DNA of 22,431 bases, taken from the IMG/VR virus record IMGVR_UViG_2529292726_000014, positions 1-22,431 of that record. One strand, given 5' to 3'. The position numbers and the translations under genes were made by a program. The notes beneath the pieces are model-generated. The model made no database searches. It was not told the origin of the DNA and was given only the letters and a program-made list of their open reading frames with translations. This DNA comes from a virus. Lineage: Duplodnaviria; Heunggongvirae; Uroviricota; Caudoviricetes. Position 1 is the first letter of the stretch. Each line of letters opens with the position of its first letter. This document shows positions 19,276 through 22,431 of the stretch, in pieces.

Positions 19276-21829
19276 ACCGGTAGGCGATCTGGTCGTTGAT
19301 TTGAGTCTGGATGCGGCCAGATTTGACGAGCAGATGGCCAGAGTCAGGCGTCATTTTTCCGGTACGGAAAGTGATGCGAAAAAAACAGCGGCAGTCGTTG
19401 AACAGTCGCTGAGCCGACAGGCGCTGGCTGCACAGAAAGCGGGGATTTCCGTCGGGCAGTATAAAGCCGCCATGCGTATGCTGCCTGCACAGTTCACCGA
19501 CGTGGCCACGCAGCTTGCAGGCGGGCAAAGTCCGTGGCTGATCCTGCTGCAACAGGGGGGGCAGGGGAAGGACTCCTTCGGCGGGATGATCCCCATGTTC
19601 AGGGGGCTTGCCGGTGCGATCACCCTGCCGATGGTGGGGGCCACCTCGCTGGCGGTGGCGACCGGTGCGCTGGCGTATGCCTGGTATCAGGGCAACTCAA
19701 CCCTGTCCGATTTCAACAAAACGCTGGTCCTTTCCGGCAATCAGGCGGGACTGACGGCAGATCGTATGCTGGTCCTGTCCAGAGCCGGGCAGGCGGCAGG
19801 GCTGACGTTTAACCAGACCAGCGAGTCACTCAGCGCACTGGTTAAGGCGGGGGTAAGCGGTGAGGCTCAGATTGCGTCCATCAGCCAGAGTGTGGCGCGT
19901 TTCTCCTCTGCATCCGGCGTGGAGGTGGACAAGGTCGCTGAAGCCTTCGGGAAGCTGACCACAGACCCGACGTCGGGGCTGACGGCGATGGCACGCCAGT
20001 TCCATAACGTGACGACGGAGCAGATTGCGTATGTTGCTCAGTTGCAGCGTTCCGGCGATGAAGCCGGGGCATTGCAGGCGGCGAACGAGGCCGCAACGAA
20101 AGGGTTTGATGACCAGACCCGCCGCCTGAAAGAGAACATGGGCACGCTGGAGACCTGGGCAGACAGGACTGCGCGGGCATTCAAATCCATGTGGGATGCG
20201 GTGCTGGATATTGGTCGTCCTGATACCGCGCAGGAGATGCTGATTAAGGCAGAGGCTGCGTTTAAGAAAGCAGACGACATCTGGAATCTGCGCAAGGATG
20301 ATTATTTTGTTAACGATGAAGCGCGGGCGCGTTACTGGGATGATCGTGAAAAAGCCCGTCTTGCGCTTGAAGCCGCCCGAAAGAAGGCTGAGCAGCAGAC
20401 TCAACAGGACAAAAATGCGCAGCAGCAGAGCGATACCGAAGCGTCACGGCTGAAATATACCGAAGAGGCGCAGAAGGCTTACGAACGGCTGCAGACGCCG
20501 CTGGAGAAATATACCGCCCGTCAGGAAGAACTGAACAAGGCACTGAAAGACGGGAAAATCCTGCAGGCGGATTACAACACGCTGATGGCGGCGGCGAAAA
20601 AGGATTATGAAGCGACGCTGAAAAAGCCGAAACAGTCCGGCGTGAAGGTGTCTGCGGGCGATCGTCAGGAAGACAGTGCTCATGCTGCCCTGCTGACGCT
20701 TCAGGCAGAACTCCGGACGCTGGAGAAGCATGCCGGAGCAAATGAGAAAATCAGCCAGCAGCGCCGGGATTTGTGGAAGGCGGAGAGTCAGTTCGCGGTA
20801 CTGGAGGAGGCGGCGCAACGTCGCCAGCTGTCTGCACAGGAGAAATCCCTGCTGGCGCATAAAGATGAGACGCTGGAGTACAAACGCCAGCTGGCTGCAC
20901 TTGGCGACAAGGTTACGTATCAGGAGCGCCTGAACGCGCTGGCGCAGCAGGCGGATAAATTCGCACAGCAGCAACGGGCAAAACGGGCCGCCATTGATGC
21001 GAAAAGCCGGGGGCTGACTGACCGGCAGGCAGAACGGGAAGCCACGGAACAGCGCCTGAAGGAACAGTATGGCGATAATCCGCTGGCGCTGAATAACGTC
21101 ATGTCAGAGCAGAAAAAGACCTGGGCGGCTGAAGACCAGCTTCGCGGGAACTGGATGGCAGGCCTGAAGTCCGGCTGGAGTGAGTGGGAAGAGAGCGCCA
21201 CGGACAGTATGTCGCAGGTAAAAAGTGCAGCCACGCAGACCTTTGATGGTATTGCACAGAATATGGCGGCGATGCTGACCGGCAGTGAGCAGAACTGGCG
21301 CAGCTTCACCCGTTCCGTGCTGTCCATGATGACAGAAATTCTGCTTAAGCAGGCAATGGTGGGGATTGTCGGGAGTATCGGCAGCGCTATTGGCGGGGCT
21401 GTTGGTGGCGGCGCATCCGCGTCAGGCGGTACAGCCATTCAGGCCGCTGCGGCGAAACTCCATTTTGCAACCGGAGGATTTACGGGAACCGGCGGCAAAT
21501 ATGAGCCAGCGGGGATTGTTCACCGTGGTGAATTTGTCTTCACGAAGGAGGCAACCAGCCGGATTGGCGTGGGAAATCTCTACCGGCTGATGCGCGGCTA
21601 TGCCACCGGCGGTTATGTCGGTGGCACCGGAAGTCCGGCGCAAATGCGGCGTTCAGAGGGTATCAGGTTTGAGCAGAACAACAACGTGGTGATTCAGAAC
21701 GACGGTACGAATGGTCTGCCAGGTCCACAGATGATGAAGGCGGTGTATGACATGGCCCGCAAGGGTGCCCGTGATGAAATCCAGGCACAGATGCGCGATG
21801 GTGGCCTGTTCTCCGGAGGTGGACGATGA
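19268..21829 (+). CDS. H: Tail tape measure protein gpH
   Basis: 853-aa product near-identical to lambda gpH as recalled. Confidence 0.95.
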   Translation: MAEPVGDLVVDLSLDAARFDEQMARVRRHFSGTESDAKKTAAVVEQSLSRQALAAQKAGISVGQYKAAMRMLPAQFTDVATQLAGGQSPWLILLQQGGQGKDSFGGMIPMFRGLAGAITLPMVGATSLAVATGALAYAWYQGNSTLSDFNKTLVLSGNQAGLTADRMLVLSRAGQAAGLTFNQTSESLSALVKAGVSGEAQIASISQSVARFSSASGVEVDKVAEAFGKLTTDPTSGLTAMARQFHNVTTEQIAYVAQLQRSGDEAGALQAANEAATKGFDDQTRRLKENMGTLETWADRTARAFKSMWDAVLDIGRPDTAQEMLIKAEAAFKKADDIWNLRKDDYFVNDEARARYWDDREKARLALEAARKKAEQQTQQDKNAQQQSDTEASRLKYTEEAQKAYERLQTPLEKYTARQEELNKALKDGKILQADYNTLMAAAKKDYEATLKKPKQSGVKVSAGDRQEDSAHAALLTLQAELRTLEKHAGANEKISQQRRDLWKAESQFAVLEEAAQRRQLSAQEKSLLAHKDETLEYKRQLAALGDKVTYQERLNALAQQADKFAQQQRAKRAAIDAKSRGLTDRQAEREATEQRLKEQYGDNPLALNNVMSEQKKTWAAEDQLRGNWMAGLKSGWSEWEESATDSMSQVKSAATQTFDGIAQNMAAMLTGSEQNWRSFTRSVLSMMTEILLKQAMVGIVGSIGSAIGGAVGGGASASGGTAIQAAAAKLHFATGGFTGTGGKYEPAGIVHRGEFVFTKEATSRIGVGNLYRLMRGYATGGYVGGTGSPAQMRRSEGIRFEQNNNVVIQNDGTNGLPGPQMMKAVYDMARKGARDEIQAQMRDGGLFSGGGR

Positions 21830-22155
21830 AAACCTTCCGCTGGAAAGTGAAACCCGGTATGGATGTGGCTTCGGACCCTTCTGTAAGAAAGGTGCGCTTT
21901 GGTGATGGCTATTCCCAGCGAGCGCCTGCCGGGCTGAATGCCAACCTGAAAACGTACAGCGTGACGCTTTCTGTCCCCCGTGAGGAGGCCACGGTACTGG
22001 AGTCGTTTCTGGAAGAGCACGGGGGCTGGAAATCCTTTCTGTGGACGCCGCCTTATGGCTACAGGCAGATAAAGGTGACCTGCGCAAAATGGTCGTCGCA
22101 GGTCAGTATGTTGCGTGTTGAGTTCAGCGCAGAGTTTAAACAGGTGGTGAACTGA
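21826..22155 (+). CDS. M: Minor tail protein gpM
   Basis: 109-aa product matching lambda gpM. Confidence 0.9.
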   Translation: MKTFRWKVKPGMDVASDPSVRKVRFGDGYSQRAPAGLNANLKTYSVTLSVPREEATVLESFLEEHGGWKSFLWTPPYGYRQIKVTCAKWSSQVSMLRVEFSAEFKQVVN

Positions 22156-22431
22156 TGCAGGATATCCGGCAGGAAACACTGAATGAATGCACCCGTGCGG
22201 AGCAGTCGGCCAGCGTGGTGCTCTGGGAAATCGATCTGACAGAGGTCGGTGGAGAACGTTATTTTTTCTGTAATGAGCAGAACGAAAAAGGTGAGCCGGT
22301 CACCTGGCAGGGGCGACAGTATCAGCCGTATCCCATTCAGGGGAGTGGTTTTGAACTGAATGGCAAAGGCACCAGTACGCGCCCCACGCTGACGGTTTCT
22401 AACCTGTACGGTATGGTCACCGGGATGGCGG
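22155..22431 (+). CDS. L: Minor tail protein gpL, N-terminal part (3' end outside window)
   Basis: ATG at 22155 in ATGA overlap with the M stop. Translation MQDIRQETLNECTRAEQSASVVLWEIDL... matches the lambda gpL N-terminus. Frame stays open to the window end. Confidence 0.85.
   Translation, partial: MQDIRQETLNECTRAEQSASVVLWEIDLTEVGGERYFFCNEQNEKGEPVTWQGRQYQPYPIQGSGFELNGKGTSTRPTLTVSNLYGMVTGMA

Overview
This window is a mosaic lambdoid prophage segment, most likely from Escherichia/Shigella (inferred from a glyT-like and an ileX-like tRNA and near-lambda structural proteins). From 8.9 kb to the end it carries a complete lambda-type packaging/head/tail module (Nu1, A, W, B, C/Nu3, D, E, FI, FII, Z, U, V, G/G-T, H, M, start of L) that, as far as I can recall the lambda proteins from memory, is near-identical to phage lambda. 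Upstream of that are a cos site, a two-gene AT-rich moron, a non-lambda lysis cassette (two small membrane proteins, an M15-type peptidase endolysin, a lone lipoprotein), a pR'/tR'-like late regulatory unit, a tight four-tRNA array, and a frameshifted DNA adenine methyltransferase. The left 5 kb is an accessory region: the 3' end of an IS66-family element, then a ~2.7-kb AT-rich cassette bounded by an imperfect ~57-bp direct repeat. That cassette holds the most interesting candidate: a minus-strand two-gene operon encoding a 361-aa soluble protein of no recognisable family and a 145-aa polytopic membrane protein, with gene order and sizes reminiscent of lambda RexA/RexB-type abortive-infection modules (inference only, no homology shown). 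It also holds a divergently transcribed PerC-family regulator and an iteron-like repeat array between them. No integrase, repressor, replication genes or Q antiterminator are present in the window. All calls come from reading the sequence and the supplied ORF translations; no database search was run.
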